From the NCBI GenBank assembly GCA_049283795.1, contig JBAPWQ010000049.1:13400-77399 (forward strand): a stretch of 64,000 nucleotides of DNA, read 5' to 3'. Positions within the stretch are counted from its first letter, which is position 1; every line of letters starts with the position of its first letter. Of this stretch, positions 63,747-64,000 are shown piece after piece. Position numbers and translations under genes: made by a program. Source of the DNA: Desulfobacterales bacterium. GTDB lineage: Bacteria > Desulfobacterota > Desulfobacteria > Desulfobacterales > SG8-13. The notes below the pieces were generated by a model. That model saw only the letters and a program-made list of their open reading frames with translations, did not search any database and had not been told where the DNA came from.

Positions 63747-64000
63747 ATGAACAGAAATCAATACGTGTCACCCCATGCATGCCTGTGGTTGACGGTGGTC
63801 GCCGTCGCCGTGCTGCTGCTCGGGGGCGGAACCGGCCTGCAGGCCGCGGAGACAGTGGTCCGGATCGGCAATATCATCCCGCTTTCCGGTCCCTCGGCAT
63901 CGGTGGGGCAGCAGGGGAAAAACGCGCGCGACATGGCGGTCGAGGAAATCAATGCGGCCGGCGGCATCAAGTCCCTGGGCGGGGCCAAGCTGGAGATGCT
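63747..64000 (+). CDS. ABC transporter substrate-binding protein (LivK/branched-chain amino-acid type), 5' partial at the window edge
   Basis: ATG at 63747 (AAAGGAGG RBS). Signal peptide, then VRIGNIIPLSGPSASVGQQGKNARDMAVEEINAAGGI, typical of type-1 periplasmic binding proteins. The ORF runs off the window. Confidence 0.7.
   Translation, partial: MNRNQYVSPHACLWLTVVAVAVLLLGGGTGLQAAETVVRIGNIIPLSGPSASVGQQGKNARDMAVEEINAAGGIKSLGGAKLEM

Noticed and set aside
1-64000. Search for mobile elements, prophage, tRNA/rRNA and defence islands
   Set aside because: I recognised no integrase, transposase, terminal inverted repeats, cloverleaf-forming tRNA-like segments or known defence gene signatures. The window looks like core chromosome.

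Overview
Visibly GC-rich chromosomal DNA. It is most consistent (inference only) with an anaerobic Desulfobacterota/Deltaproteobacteria-type genome: rubrerythrin, rubredoxin, a small siroheme sulfite-reductase-like gene, sigma-54-type promoters, and many CBS/PAS/HDOD/GAF signalling proteins. I support about 50 protein-coding genes. I recognised no rRNA, tRNA, CRISPR array, integrase or transposase. Many long ORFs in the six-frame track are antisense shadow ORFs caused by GC bias, and I did not call them. Several track ORFs were trimmed to internal starts that have Shine-Dalgarno support. Housekeeping and metabolic content: EF-P paralog (EfpL/YeiP type), fused HisH-HisF, FKBP-type PPIase, MgtE, Pal, a PBP transpeptidase, alpha-glucan phosphorylase, acyl-CoA synthetase and a GabT-like aminotransferase. 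Most interesting loci: (1) a co-directional cluster at 23.56-29.64 kb behind a sigma-54-type promoter, made of a KamA-family lysine 2,3-aminomutase, two Ddl-like ATP-grasp ligases and one GNAT-deacetylase-GNAT tri-domain protein. I read it as a candidate uncharacterised beta-lysine ligation and acetylation pathway. (2) An OpgG-family gene followed by a 1823-aa protein that joins a large polytopic membrane domain to a GH94 phosphorylase, with no OpgH-type glycosyltransferase nearby. (3) A Phe-rich leader ORF with mutually exclusive antiterminator and terminator hairpins upstream of a fused DAHP synthase-prephenate dehydratase. (4) A YcaO-domain gene divergent from the EF-P paralog. (5) A DAC-fold protein with a degenerate catalytic motif. 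(6) Dispersed short-period (7-8 nt) intergenic repeat families. All functional calls come from by-eye motif recognition. No database search was run.
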